From: Mobula hypostoma
Lineage: Eukaryota
NCBI RefSeq assembly: GCF_963921235.1
Contig: NC_086108.1
Location: 48,672,001 to 48,736,000, forward strand
Direction of reading: 5' to 3'
Length of the DNA: 64,000 nucleotides
Under the pieces are notes generated by a model, which had not been told where the DNA came from, did no database searches, and saw nothing but the letters and a program-made list of their open reading frames with translations. The position numbers were made by a program, and so were the translations under genes. This document shows positions 25,901-36,850 of the stretch, in pieces. The number at the start of each line of letters is the position of its first letter. Position 1 is the stretch's first letter.

Positions 25901-28900
25901 AAACCCCTAGGGTCTGACAAGGTGTCTACTTGGGCCTTGTAGGTGGCTAGTGCAGAAATTGCAGCGGTCCTGGCAGAAACATTTAAAACATTCTTTACCA
26001 TGGGTGAAGTGCTGGAGGACTGGAGGATAACTAATGCTGTTCTGTTGTTTTAAAAAGGCTTTAAGAATAAGCCAACAAATTATAGGCAGTGTGAGTCTTA
26101 CATTAGTCATGGAAAAATTATTAGAAGGTGGTCTAAGGGACAGGCATCTGTTAGTCTTGCGAGACCATGGATCTGCACCTGGAAAGTCTTCACTCTCCAG
26201 TGCACAGGCCTGGGCAAGGTTGTATGGAAGTCCAGCAGTTGCCCATGCTGCAAGTCTCCCCTCTCCACACCATCGATGTTGTCCAAGAGAAGGGCATTAG
26301 GACCCATACAGCTTGGCACCAGTGTCGTCGCAGAGCAATGTGTGATTAAGTGCCTTGCTCAAGGACACAACACGTTCCATCAACTGGGGCTCGAACTCAC
26401 GACCTTCAGGTCGCTAGTCCATTGCCTTAACCACTTGGACATGTGCCCACACAAGGGACAGGGTATGTAAATATTTGGATAGATAGGGCCTGATCAGGGA
26501 TAGCCAACATGGCTTTATGCTTGGTAGGTTGTGTCTAACCAAACATATGCCGTATTTATTTGAGGAAGTTACCAAGAAAAGGCAGTGAATGTTATTTATA
26601 CAGGTTTTAGCAAGGTCTTTGACAAAGGCAGACTGGTTAAAACATTAACTTGCTTGATATTCAGGATGAAGTCCTCAGTTAGATTCAACATTTGTTTCAT
26701 GGGCAAAGACGGAGTGGTAGTAGGTAGCTGTCTCTCTGACTCTAGGCCTGTGACTAGTGGTGTGCCTTAGGTTCATTATAGTTTATCATCTATATTAATG
26801 ATTTAGATGATAATGGGGTAAGATCAGTAAATTTGCAGATGACACCATGGTGGGGGATATTGTGGATATTGAGGAAAGCTATCAAATTTTGCAGCATGAT
26901 CTTGGACCTTCTGGGAAAATGGACTGAAAAATGGCCATTGAAATTTAATGCAGACAAGTGTAAGGTGTTGCACTTTGGGAGGACAAGCCTGGAAAGACTA
27001 ACACAGTGAATGGTAAGGTTTTGAGGTATGCAGTAGAATGAATGGAAACACATAATTCCTTGAAAATGGCATCATAGGTAGATGAGGTTGTAAAGAGAGC
27101 TTTTGGCATATTGGCTTTCATAAATCAGGGCACTGAGTACAGGATATGGGATGTTCTGTTAGTTATATAAGATATTACTGAGGCCAAATTTGGAATACTG
27201 TGTGCATTTCTAGTCATATATCCACAGGAAGTATATCAATAAGCTTGAAACAGTGCAGAGAAAATTTACAAGGATGCTGTTGGGACTTGAGGACCTGAGT
27301 TATATGGAAAGGTTAGGATTTTATTCTCTGGGGTACAGGAGAATGAGATCTTAAAAATGTATACAAAATTATGTGGGGTATCGTTAAGGTGAATGTATGT
27401 AGACTTTTTCCTCTGAGGTTGGGTGAGATCTAGAGGTCGTAGTTTTAGGGTGAAAGTTGACATACTTAAGTGGAATCTAGAGAGGAACTCCGCTCAGAAG
27501 ATGGTCTGCGTGTAGAACGAGCTGTCCGCGGAAATGGTAGATGGGAGTACAATTGCAACATTTAAGAGAATTGTGGATAGATGCATGGATGGGAGGGATA
27601 TGGTCCAGTGGCAGGTAGATGGGACTAGGCAGAAGATTAGGTTGGTATGGTCTAGATGGCTGAAGAACTGTAGTACTCTGACTTGAATAATGCTTTAACA
27701 CTGCATCTCTATGGCACATGATGTTGAATATCACAAGTGGTAAGTTGTCAATGAATCATATAACTAAGCATGAAATGAAAGTTTCAACAAATGTTAACAA
27801 TTATGAGATGTGGATGATTTCTTGATTTTAAAATCAAATTATTATTAAAATTATCATTTAGACATCCTTAATGATCCCAATTTGTGTAATAAGAAGCCTT
27901 CAGATGCTATGACAACTCTACAAAATGGAACCACATATATTTTTAGAGGTAAGATGTTAAAGAAACTTTGTAAATATATTTTAAAAAATCTAAATGCGAA
28001 TCTGAATACTTTTTTCTGATGTTTGGCTCCACCTCTGGGAGAGTGTCAGTGCCTCAACTCTGGACAAATCTCAGAAGTTACACATGATTAAAAATGGATG
28101 GACTGATCACAAGCTGATTTAACAGAGAGGAATGTTTTATGTCTTAGGTTTGGCTCATTTTTTTTAATCCAAAGGGAGTGAATGCCAATCAGAATGGGCG
28201 GGTCTGCTGAAGTGGAAATGTTACAGCTCACAAGCTGCCCAAATGAAGCTAATACATTGACCAGGAAGATTGGGAGAGGATGTTGAATGTTTTCCAGTAG
28301 AATATAGGATTAAGTAAATTGGAATTTAAATCCATCTGTCTTTGCCAATAATATAATGGCATTAAATGCTCAGTGCTGATCATATCATTGATTATTTGCC
28401 TAGCAATCATTAAGAAGTAGCAGAATCAGGTTTATTATCACTGGCATATGTCCAGTAATGTGTTGCTTTATGACAGAACAGTCAATACATTACAAATTAC
28501 AATATGTTACAACAGGAAATATAAAAAATAAGTAGCGCAAAAAGAAAGCAAAAAGTGAGATAGTGATCATGGTCTGTTCAGAATCTGATGGTGAGAGGGA
28601 AGAAGCTGTTCCTAAAATGGAGAGTGTGGGTCTTCAGGTTCGTCCCTGATGGTAGCAATGAGAAGTGGGCATGACCTGGATGGCAAGGGTTCTTAATTTA
28701 AGATATTCGTAAACACCAGTTATCCTTTCCATTTGACAAAGCTGAATTGTGGCTTAATTTTATGTTTTCAGGCCATTTATTTTGGACAATAAACCAGAAA
28801 GGACAATTATTAGACCATCCACATAGGATCAGTGATGTGTGGGGCATTCCATCCCCAATAGACACCGTCTTCACAAGGTGCAACTGCCTTGGAAATACAT

Positions 28901-31900
28901 ACTTTTTTAAGGTAAGTTTCTTTGTCCTATTCCTTGTCCAATGAGGAGATCAAAATAACAATGGTGTTTGTAATTGCTGTAAAGCAGAATGGCTGCTGAT
29001 TTAACATTTTCCCATGTCTTTTCTCAAGAAACCAACCTAACATTCCCTCTCACAGCTTTCATTCTAAAGATGCAGAACACAAAAAGTAACATAGGATCTT
29101 TGAAATACAAGATCAATTTGTCCCACACATCGTCATATCCCTCTGGCCCGGCAATTTATTTATCTAGGTTGATTCTGAAGTTTGTGTAGATTCTGCTGCA
29201 CCACACTTCCAGGCTGTTCAGTCCAGATAATATTACGAAAGGTTTCTGGCCTACTGCTTTCATTTCATCTATGCAATCAATTACAAGGTTGTTGCTTACA
29301 AGAACTGCAAAAATCTGAATTGCAAAGCAACCATACTGATGCAAAAAGCATCACAAGATCATGCAAACATGGGTCTCCAATTGCACCTCTAAATTAAGAC
29401 TACATCAGAAAGGTGCTGGAAATTACACACCTACATTTGCAATCTATTATCCATAATCTCTGCACTCACCATTGAGGCTAGACAAAAAAAACCAAGATAG
29501 TATGTATGAATGATTGGCATCCTGTCACACTCACCTCAATCATAAGCAAATGCTTGGAGAGGCTGGTCAAGGACTACGTCTACAGCATGCTACCACCCAC
29601 ACTGGACCCCCTACAATTCACCTACCGACATAACCGATGAACAAATGATAACATAATTACAGCACTACACACCATCCTCACTCACCTGGAAAAGTGGGAT
29701 GCTTATGTTAGAATGCTATTCTTGGACTACAGTTCAGCATTTGACAAGAAGCTCAGACACCTGGGCCTGCACCCTGCCTTGTACAGCTAGCTGGATCTTG
29801 GGCTTCCTGTCGAATCGCCGGCTGGTGGTAAGGATGAGCACCCTCACCTCTGCCCCTCTGACCCTCAACACAGGAAACCCCCAGAGCTATGTCCTGAGCC
29901 CCCTCCTCTACTCCCTCTACACCCATGACTGTGTTGTTGTGCACAGCTCCAATCCGCTGATCAAATTTGCACTTGACACGACATTGATAGGCCTAATTTC
30001 CAACGATGAATTGAATTGAATTAACTTTATTTCTTACATCCTTTACATACACGAGTAAAAATCCTTACGTTATGTCTCTATCTAAATGTGCAATGTGCAA
30101 TCATAGTAATTTATAATAAATAAAACAGTCAATGTAATATAGAGTACACTCAAATCAGCGCGAGTCCATCAGTCTGATGGCCTGGTGGAAGCTGTCCCGG
30201 AGCCTGTTGGTCCTGGTGTTTATGCTGCGGTACCACTTCCTGGATGGTAGCAGCTGGAATAGATTGTGATTGGGATGGCTTGGGTCCCCAGTGATCTCAT
30301 GGGCCCTTTTTACACACCTGTCCTTGTAAATGTTCTGAATAATGGTAAGTTTACAACTACAGATGCGCTGGACTGTCCGCACCACTCTCTGCAGAGTCCT
30401 GCGACAAAGGGAGTCACAGTTCCTCTGCCAGGCAGTGATGCGGCCAGTCAGGATGCTCTCAATTGTGCCCCTGTAGAAAGTTCTTAGGACGTGGGGAGAG
30501 TTCTTAAGATTTGGCCTACAGAGAAGTCAATGCCAACACAGTGGAAAACAACCTCTCTCTCAATGTCGAAAAAGCAAAGGAGCTAATTGTGAATTACAGG
30601 AGGAATGGAGACAGGCTAGGCCCTATTGACATCAATGGGACTGTATTTGAGAGGGTGAGTATTTTCAAATTTCTTGGTATACACATCACTGGGGATCTCA
30701 CCTGAACCGTACGTACCAGCTGTGTGGTGAAAAAAGCACAACAGCACCTCTTTCACCTCAAGGTGGCTGAAGAAGTTTCACATGAATCCCCAAACCCTCA
30801 GGACTTTCTTCAGGGGCACCATCACCAAGAGCATCCTGACTGTGTCACTGCCTGGTCTGGGAATTGTACTACCCTCAATCACAAGGCACTCCAGAGAGTG
30901 GTGTGGACAGCCCAGCACATCTGTAGATGTGAACTTTCTTCTATTCAGGACATTTACAGCAGCAGATGTGTAAAAAGGGCCCAGAGGATCAACAGGGACT
31001 ACAGCCACCCCAACCACAATCTGTTTCAGCTGCTTCCCTCTGGTAAATGGTACCATAGCATTAAGGCCAGGACCAACAGGCTCCAGGACAGCTTCTTTCA
31101 CCAGGCCAGATTGATCAGTACACATTGATCTGATTGCATATCTGACTGTACATACATGTATACAGAACACAATCAGTTTTTGGGCAATATCCTACATTTT
31201 CCTTCCTTACTGCTTGTACATAGCAATGGAGACGTAAAATAAAAGATTTTTACTCCCTTGTTGCAAGAAAAAAATGAAAAAAATTTTAAATCTAATTCTA
31301 ATACACAAGCTACCATTAAGAGAGGTGGTGAAAGAGTACAGGTAAAATGCAGAGAGCCTATTCTCCAAGAATGCTAACACAAAACAATGAACACAACAGC
31401 TGATAATGACAATAAATTTGTATTGGACATGCCCACAATTAAAGTCAAAAAGGCAACTGCCATAACCAGAGGTACTTTGAGTTCAATTCGCTATGTGTTT
31501 AATTGGCCATTGGCTCAGCTTTCAGCTGGTGGTGGGGGGATCTTGTAGCACCTCTAGCAAAGAGTTGTGCATTGCAAAAACTATTAGGAAATTGAGAGCA
31601 GAATTGTACTTGGAAATACTACTTGGTAAGTGACTCCTTGTACTCAAATTCAGGTACTGTAAAAACTGAGCAGTGTGGATAACAATGAATTCCATTTATT
31701 GAACTTCCTGCAAATTTATCCAATCTGCAGCAGAATGAGTTTAAAAAGAACCAAATGGAATGTGTTATCAATGCGACGGCTGTTTAATTTGAATTCCCAC
31801 CTACTTAAGTGTGTCAGTTTATTAATTGCGTTTCAATAGAAACTTCTCTTAAAGCATCGATTCTTGTTGAATTTATAGGGAGACCAGTACTGGCGATTTC

Positions 31901-34900
31901 AGAATGGGCACATGGACAGTGGCTATCCTCGAAGAATTGCAGCCGGCTTTTCAGGATTGAGTGGGGAAATAACGGCTACACTTTCAGTGGCTGCATACCG
32001 TAACAGACCTGAAATGGTGTATTTCTTCAAAAAAGGTTATTTCGGTTCCCTTGTAAAAATATTTTCCCTATTTATTTTTTCTGATTAATGAATGTTTACA
32101 CATGCAATGCATCGTATCGTATTTTAATGTTTGTCTTCAAAAGTACACTATTTCATTACTAAACATCAGACATTATTAACAAGAGCAAACTTACAGCTCA
32201 GGCAACCTGGGTTTGATCAAAGGTGTTCTGTGTAGAGTTTTCACGTTCTCCTTATAACTGTGGCTTTCCCATGTACTCTGGTTTACTTCCATATCCCAAA
32301 GATGTTGGTACATGAATTGGCCATTGAAAATAGCACTAGTGTAGGCAAATAGAACGAGAAATGAAGGGGAGTTGAAAGGAATGAGGGGGAAATAAGACAT
32401 GGATTGGGACTGAGTAGATTGCTTTGCCGTGAGTTAGCATGGACTTGAAGGGCTAATTAGCAGTCTTTCATTGTAAGTAATTCCCTTTAAGTTTGTGCAA
32501 CTGCACTGTAAATGCACAAAATTTGGGAATTAATTTTCATAATTAAATGCATTCTGTATTCCAGGTGGATTATACCAGAAATATGTATATCAAAGACCCA
32601 TCACATCTTGCCCACAAGAACGCACTCACCCCTATACTTATCAGGTGGCAAGACGTTACAGGCGGCAAACAATGGTTGCCATACAGAAAAGCAGGAAACT
32701 TCAAACTACAGGTACAGAATTCTTCTGTGCTCAGATTCAGTAACTAAAGCACATGGTTTTGAAGCCATCTTATGGAGTTCAAAGTTAGTCAACTTCCAAA
32801 ACAATTAAAATTTAGTATTTGACTGTCAGAGTTATTTTCCGTTCATTGGCTAGGCTAAGATTCATAAGCCTTGAGTATTAAGGAAAATGGAGATGCCAAT
32901 AAACAATTTTACTGAATTAAAATAAATTTTATTTGGCTCAATTACTAAATTTGTTGTGCAAATATAAAGTTTAAACTTTGTTCTGAACACATTCTGAAGT
33001 ATGACATGCACAACTATTCAAGAATGATAGTTTTGGAACAGCAAATCATATCTTGTACTTTTTCCCAAAAAATACAATGGATAATTTTGCAGAAAGCACA
33101 AAACTAAGCACATTGCTACTATTTATGTGGTTATTGAGAGAGAGTTTCATAAATGTTGATCTAATTTTTATAATTGCTTAGAAATTGGGCAATTATTTCT
33201 TTTTAATATCTTATTTTTTCAGGTGCAAGTTATATAATGGTACAATCTGGAATGATGCTAGTGATTCAACCCATTGAATTGACCTGTCTGGACTTTTTAA
33301 TTTTGTTTTTAAGTTTTTAAATCAAAAAAAGATTTGCACTGGAACAGATCAGAAATATGTTAATTCTTCATCTGCAGCTTTTTGGTGATTTTTTCCCCCC
33401 CAAAACAGATACTATAAACCTTTTGAATAGAATACGCAAGTAGAGCAAATGTCGAGAGAGAAAAATGAGGGCAATTGTGTTTTTTTTAAATAAGCATCTG
33501 GCTCTTACAGTATAGTTAAAATTAATGCAAATTGTCATAAATCTTGAATTTATCATTAAAACTGAATAATGTTGAATGATCCTTCTCACCCTAGGTAGCT
33601 GTATTTGAACATATGGGAACATTGGTTGAAAGCCTTAATTTACATGAAGTTGTTGGAAGATTAATTTCCTAGTTGCAAACCAAGGCAGATTAACTGAGAT
33701 TTGCCTGGTAGCATCTACATCTCAGTCGGAAGACAGTGAGTTTATCCCATTCCAAAGAACAAAACTCTAAAGCTGACTATCCTGTGCAGTACTGAGAGAT
33801 TGTGGCATGAAAGGGCAACAATTTTATCCTACAGCAGAAAGTCAAGTCCTGTTGCTCTGTCAGGAATCTGTGAATTCCTTTGGCACTATTTCAAAGAGTG
33901 GAGAAATTAAAGTTACATTCAGGCCAATATTTTTAGTTTCTCCCCACATCACTGAAAAAAAATTCATCAGCAGGCTCAAGCTAATAAGAACCGGAAGTAT
34001 GCAAATTAGCCACTGTGCTCCTATGCTTCAAAGAACTTATCTGATATCAAGGCATCATGTGAAGTTCTGGAGCAGAACGAGTTTTCCAAAATGAGTGACT
34101 GAACTGGGTAGAGTTGAACCAGCTCAAAAGAAAGGAAAATACATTAACTACTTCTCTTGTGTTACGCAATAAAATAATTTACTTTCCACTACTAATTAAC
34201 TTTCTTTCAGCTGAACTTTCTGTTGAAATGTCAATAAGGAAAAACTGGCATGGCTTTCCTATAACAGTCACATCAGCCATTTCACTTCCAAATCCTGGAC
34301 TTCCAGAAAAATACGAATATTATGTGCTCTCACGGGGTAAGTTCAGCCTGATTTCTTTTTGTGCACTTGGCTATCAACAGGGTATTTAAGAAGGATGAGT
34401 AAAACTTTTACTCTATTTAAACAAGTTTAACAGCAGCTGTCGAAAGCATTAGTTCATTTCAGTGAAGGGGAGTATTTAGACATGCATTACTTAGCAGGCA
34501 TTTGTGAACAGCAGATGTTTGTTAAATCATCAGGTCAATAAACTGGAAGTATGAAAGATCATAAGTAGGCAGAGGCATTTACTGTTTATTAGTTTTTAAA
34601 AAATGTTCATTTAGAGGCTGGGATAAAGGTAATTTTCTAATTGTAAGATGTGGAAAGTACTGTATCTGAGAACATAGACCATAGACATCAGTTTTTCCAT
34701 TATTTTAATAAAGATTTAAATTCCAAATTTGCAGAAAACATTAAGAAGCCCAACTAGTTGCAAAAAATAAGAACAAGAAATTCACTAAAAATATTGCGGG
34801 AAGTAAACTTACTGAAATACATCTCTTGGTGGAGGCATGACATCATCATCCTCCTGGGAAAAGTGGAAGAGTGTTCAAAACATTTGCTTAAAGGCGAAAT

Positions 34901-36605
34901 GTAGAGTTGAAGGCATAAAAGGAAGTGGGCATCTTAATGCACAAGATACTAAAAGGCATCAGATAGATACAGAAAGAATAAAATGAAAACTGGAGATTTC
35001 AAGTAGTTGCTGTAACACTGAAAAAGAGCAGTTAATTCTTTTACTTCAGTACTTGCCTGCACTAAGCCCATACCCCTCAATCTCTTAACATCCAAGAACC
35101 TGTTCTAAAAATACTCAGTTTCCTGAATAGGTAATACCAAAGATTCACATCAATTTGGTGGAACTTTTACTCCTCTGCCCTACATGGCTAACACTTGAGA
35201 GATACTGGTATTGCAATCTCCAACCAGAGAACATCATTGCAACTATCCTGTCTTCTAGGCATGAGAGAAAAGGCCCAGACTTTCCTCAGATAACAAAATT
35301 CTCAGTACAGGAATTAATCTGATAAATTTTGTTGCAACCATTCCACTACATACATTTCCTCTTTTAGGTAAGAGACCAGGCCTGTTCATACTTCTCCTAA
35401 GCAATTTCACTTGGGTCCCACAATATGTGATCATAAAGCACCAATTTTGTAACTCATATAAGAATGTGTGCTTTAATGACACAAAGCCTGGTCAAAACTC
35501 AGCAGCAGTACTTGGCACCTTATCTCAAAGATCTAGTGCCCTCGAAACTTAATACAACTAATTTACTGGGACAGCAGAATTTGCAGCACTATATAGTTGT
35601 ACAAACCTGACTATGTACTTGTGTTTAGAATTTTCAAGGTGACAAGTTTGAAATGGTACGGAATGCAAATGAGAAAGCAGAATCAAATTAGATTTCATAT
35701 TCCTGTCCTTAAGACCAAAGGCAATTTTTTTTTGTTGAGGATAGCAATATGCAGAGATAAAAGCATAAGGTCAGTAGAGCTTATGTGCAAAAGATTAGTC
35801 TTATTCCAACATCAAATTGTTCATAAAGAATTGTAATAATACTGTTAGGTGTTGCATCATCCAGTCTTTCAAAGAAAACAGCTCACAGCACCTCTTGTAT
35901 ACCCAAGTCAGACAGCATCCAGAGAAATGAAGTTTGATAATCTTTCACCAGAACTGGAAATGTTAGCTCCATTTCTCTCTCCACAGATGCTGACTGACCT
36001 GCAGAGTACTTATAGCATTTTTGTTTTCATTTCAGGTTTCCAGAATCTAGAAAATATTGCCTGTTGATTTCAGATACAAATTGTTTATTTGAGATTAAAA
36101 TAATGGAATTGCCAAAGGTTCCGTAATCCCATCAGTAGTGATAGTGGGTGAAAAATAACCCCGTTCTTACATTAGAATCACAAACCACGAATAATAGAAA
36201 AAAAACCCTCCTTTGTAGTAATTTTGCTTATTAAAAGTTAATTCACTAGCATTAGAACTCTGACAAGAGCTTCCTTCCTATCCTCTCCACCCTGAATGGT
36301 TAGCCATTGAAAATAATTTAACTGTATAAAGATCTGATGTATAGTATAATCAAAATAACTTTGCTAACTACAAGCAAGCAATGTAAGCATTTCAAATTTC
36401 AACTTTACATTGTTTTAAGTTCCTTTCCAATCCACACAGTAAAAGGAAGCAACTTCTAGTTTGAAAACTAAATATTTCATGTGTCTGATCATTCCTTCGT
36501 TTACTTCTCTCCATTTTAGCTAAATCCTACAAGGTTGATCCGGTGAACCAGAAAGCTACTTATATGAAAAGAAGTGTAACAAAGGACTTGTACAAATGCC
36601 TTTAA
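1839..36605 (+). CDS. PRG4: Proteoglycan 4 (lubricin), whole multi-exon CDS: signal peptide - 2x somatomedin B - mucin - hemopexin domain
   Basis: Phase-consistent GT-AG exon chain 1839-1926, 9469-9585, 10081-10200, (10772-10906), (11128-11304), 16566-24076, 24924-25014, 27862-27948, 28772-28911, 31879-32035, 32565-32711, 34211-34336, 36520-36605. Motif [16 protein letters not shown]; convergent with TPR as in other vertebrates. Confidence 0.95.
3310..4010 (-). mobile_element. CR1 LINE 3' fragment
   Basis: Reverse-complement CR1 motifs (ggtgaatctcctctgcactct); decayed. Confidence 0.7.
4030..4148. repeat. (GT)n(GA)n microsatellite and G-rich polypurine tract
   Basis: gtgtgtgtgtgagagagagagag followed by several G4-G6 runs. 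Confidence 0.9.
4445..4545 (+). mobile_element. Penelope-like element terminal (pLTR) remnant
   Basis: ctggtgaagggtctcaacctgaaac...agatgctgcctgacttgctgagttcctccagca, with a decayed hammerhead core. Confidence 0.6.
4670..7740 (-). mobile_element. Decayed CR1 LINE (endonuclease + RT), interrupted by a Rex1/Babar-like 3' fragment at about 4860-5340
   Basis: Minus-strand ORF pieces [43 protein letters not shown]; many stops and frameshifts. Confidence 0.88.
7832..8585 (-). mobile_element. CR1 LINE 3' fragment (second subfamily)
   Basis: Minus-strand [11 protein letters not shown] motif; CR1-type 3' end. Confidence 0.8.
9469..9585 (+). CDS. PRG4: PRG4 somatomedin-B domain 1 exon
   Basis: [39 protein letters not shown], 8 Cys in SMB spacing, phase 1-1, ag/gt boundaries. 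Confidence 0.93.
10081..10200 (+). CDS. PRG4: PRG4 somatomedin-B domain 2 exon
   Basis: [40 protein letters not shown], 8 Cys, phase 1-1, cag|...|gtagg. Confidence 0.95.
10772..10906 (+). CDS. PRG4: Candidate PRG4 linker exon A ([16 protein letters not shown]...LVWVT)
   Basis: Open 135-nt phase 1-1 segment with tag acceptor and weak g|gtgcc donor; no recognisable homology. Confidence 0.3.
11128..11304 (+). CDS. PRG4: Candidate PRG4 linker exon B ([15 protein letters not shown]...EESMKL)
   Basis: Open 177-nt phase 1-1 segment, acag acceptor, a|gtatgg donor, S/T-rich protein-like composition. Confidence 0.55.
11610..15560 (-). mobile_element. Near-full-length decayed CR1 LINE with ORF1 SGNH-esterase, endonuclease and RT remnants
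   Basis: ORF1 [13 protein letters not shown] and ...LHLNxRG; ORF2 [41 protein letters not shown]. Confidence 0.88.
14772..15070 (-). mobile_element. HE1-like V-SINE inserted into CR1 ORF1
   Basis: Minus strand: tRNA-like head, ggagtttgtatgttctcccc...gggtttcc..ggtgctcc..ttcctcccaca V-domain, A-rich tail; CR1 resumes on both sides. Confidence 0.8.
15970..16385 (+). mobile_element. CR1 LINE 3' end
   Basis: ggagcaaaggaggatgagaggt... and tail tgtactgttctatgttcta. Confidence 0.75.
16566..24076 (+). CDS. PRG4: PRG4 giant mucin-like exon (about 2,503 codons of degenerate 20-aa repeats)
   Basis: ttttacag acceptor in phase 1 with the 2479-aa ORF 16661-24100; phase-0 donor AAG|gtaaca matches the next exon; T/S/P/D/E/K-rich, no Cys seen. 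Confidence 0.92.
16600..23750 (+). repeat. Coding degenerate tandem array, 60-bp unit, approximate consensus [20 protein letters not shown]
   Basis: atgacaac recurs exactly 60 nt apart (16661, 16721, 16781, 16841); gattctaaaatcttggat-like and gttcctgaa motifs recur throughout. Confidence 0.92.
24924..25014 (+). CDS. PRG4: PRG4 linker exon [30 protein letters not shown]
   Basis: tttttcatag acceptor and G|gtagga donor; phase 0 to 1 bridges the mucin exon and the first hemopexin exon exactly. Confidence 0.8.
25450..27690 (+). mobile_element. Decayed CR1 LINE ORF2 (RT to 3' end)
   Basis: FSKVFDK and VTSGVP motifs, aaatttgcagatgacacc, CR1 3' motifs. Confidence 0.85.
26145..26452 (-). mobile_element. 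tRNA-derived CORE-type SINE with 10-bp target-site duplication, nested in CR1
   Basis: TSD aagggacagg at 26135-26144 and 26453-26462; A/B boxes (tccaagtgg, gagttcgagcc); gtgtccttgagcaaggcacttaa CORE-like motif. Confidence 0.85.
27862..27948 (+). CDS. PRG4: PRG4 hemopexin exon 1 ([29 protein letters not shown])
   Basis: Resembles human NICNGKPVDGLTTLRNGTLVAFRG; phase 1-1. Confidence 0.93.
28772..28911 (+). CDS. PRG4: PRG4 hemopexin exon 2 (GHLFWT...[25 protein letters not shown])
   Basis: Diagnostic PRG4 motif; canonical splice sites; phase 1-0. Confidence 0.97.
29500..31290 (+). mobile_element. Rex1/Babar-like LINE (RT to 3' end) with an inverted same-family fragment nested at about 30008-30510
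   Basis: [57 protein letters not shown]; the last region is repeated on the minus strand at 30155-30385. Confidence 0.85.
31879..32035 (+). CDS. PRG4: PRG4 hemopexin exon 3 ([18 protein letters not shown]...PEMVYFFKK)
   Basis: Hemopexin QYWRF...GYP motif; phase 0-1. Confidence 0.95.
32190..32470 (+). mobile_element. HE1-like V-SINE, decayed (similar copies at about 3115-3300 +, 37060-37250 +, 58430-58650 -)
   Basis: tgtgtagagttttcacgttctccc...ggtttacttccatatcccaaagatg V-domain pattern. Confidence 0.65.
32565..32711 (+). CDS. PRG4: PRG4 hemopexin exon 4 with polybasic RRYRR site
   Basis: [35 protein letters not shown]...; phase 1-1; resembles human GSIQQYIYKQ..CP..RRRRFER. Confidence 0.88.
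33700..34090 (+). mobile_element. Deu-domain SINE (SacSINE1-like)
   Basis: gctgac..gtgcagtactgag, tggcactatttcaaagag, ggccaatattt, acatcact motifs. Confidence 0.6.
34211..34336 (+). CDS. PRG4: PRG4 hemopexin exon 5 ([42 protein letters not shown])
   Basis: VTSAISLPN motif as in human PRG4; phase 1-1. Confidence 0.94.
36520..36605 (+). CDS. PRG4: PRG4 last coding exon ([28 protein letters not shown])
   Basis: Strong polypyrimidine tract and tag acceptor; terminal YxCx* like human WYNCP*. Confidence 0.87.
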
Positions 36606-36794
36606 CAAACCAAAAAGGAAAGAATAACAAGTTTCAACATAAATTAAAAAGGAAAGCATTTTATTTTTCCATGGAAAAAGACTAACAGGACAGGAACCCA
36701 CAAATGTTGGAAGCTCAAAAAATTGTTTTATTTAGCAAGGAGCCAAACCAATGACTAAAGATCAATATGCTTCATTCACATAGTAGTATGTTCT

Positions 36795-36850
36795 TCAACT
36801 ATGATTTCCTCTGTTTATGCCTCTTCTTCCTCCCATTGAAAGGTTCATAC
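36795..36850 (-). CDS. TPR: TPR last coding exon ([18 protein letters not shown])
   Basis: Resembles human ...MGGRGGINRGNIN*; ccag acceptor; TGA at 36797-36795. Confidence 0.92.

Noticed and set aside
26380..26452. tRNA gene
   Set aside because: It is the tRNA-derived head of a TSD-flanked SINE, not a complete cloverleaf.
33223..33300. Strong-looking acceptor (ttttttcag|gtgc) as an extra PRG4 exon
   Set aside because: No convincing phase-1 donor follows, and the neighbouring exons already join in frame.
9469..36605. Vitronectin or ENPP identity for the SMB/hemopexin gene
   Set aside because: Two SMB domains with no RGD directly after them, a central mucin, the [16 protein letters not shown] motif and TPR synteny all indicate PRG4.
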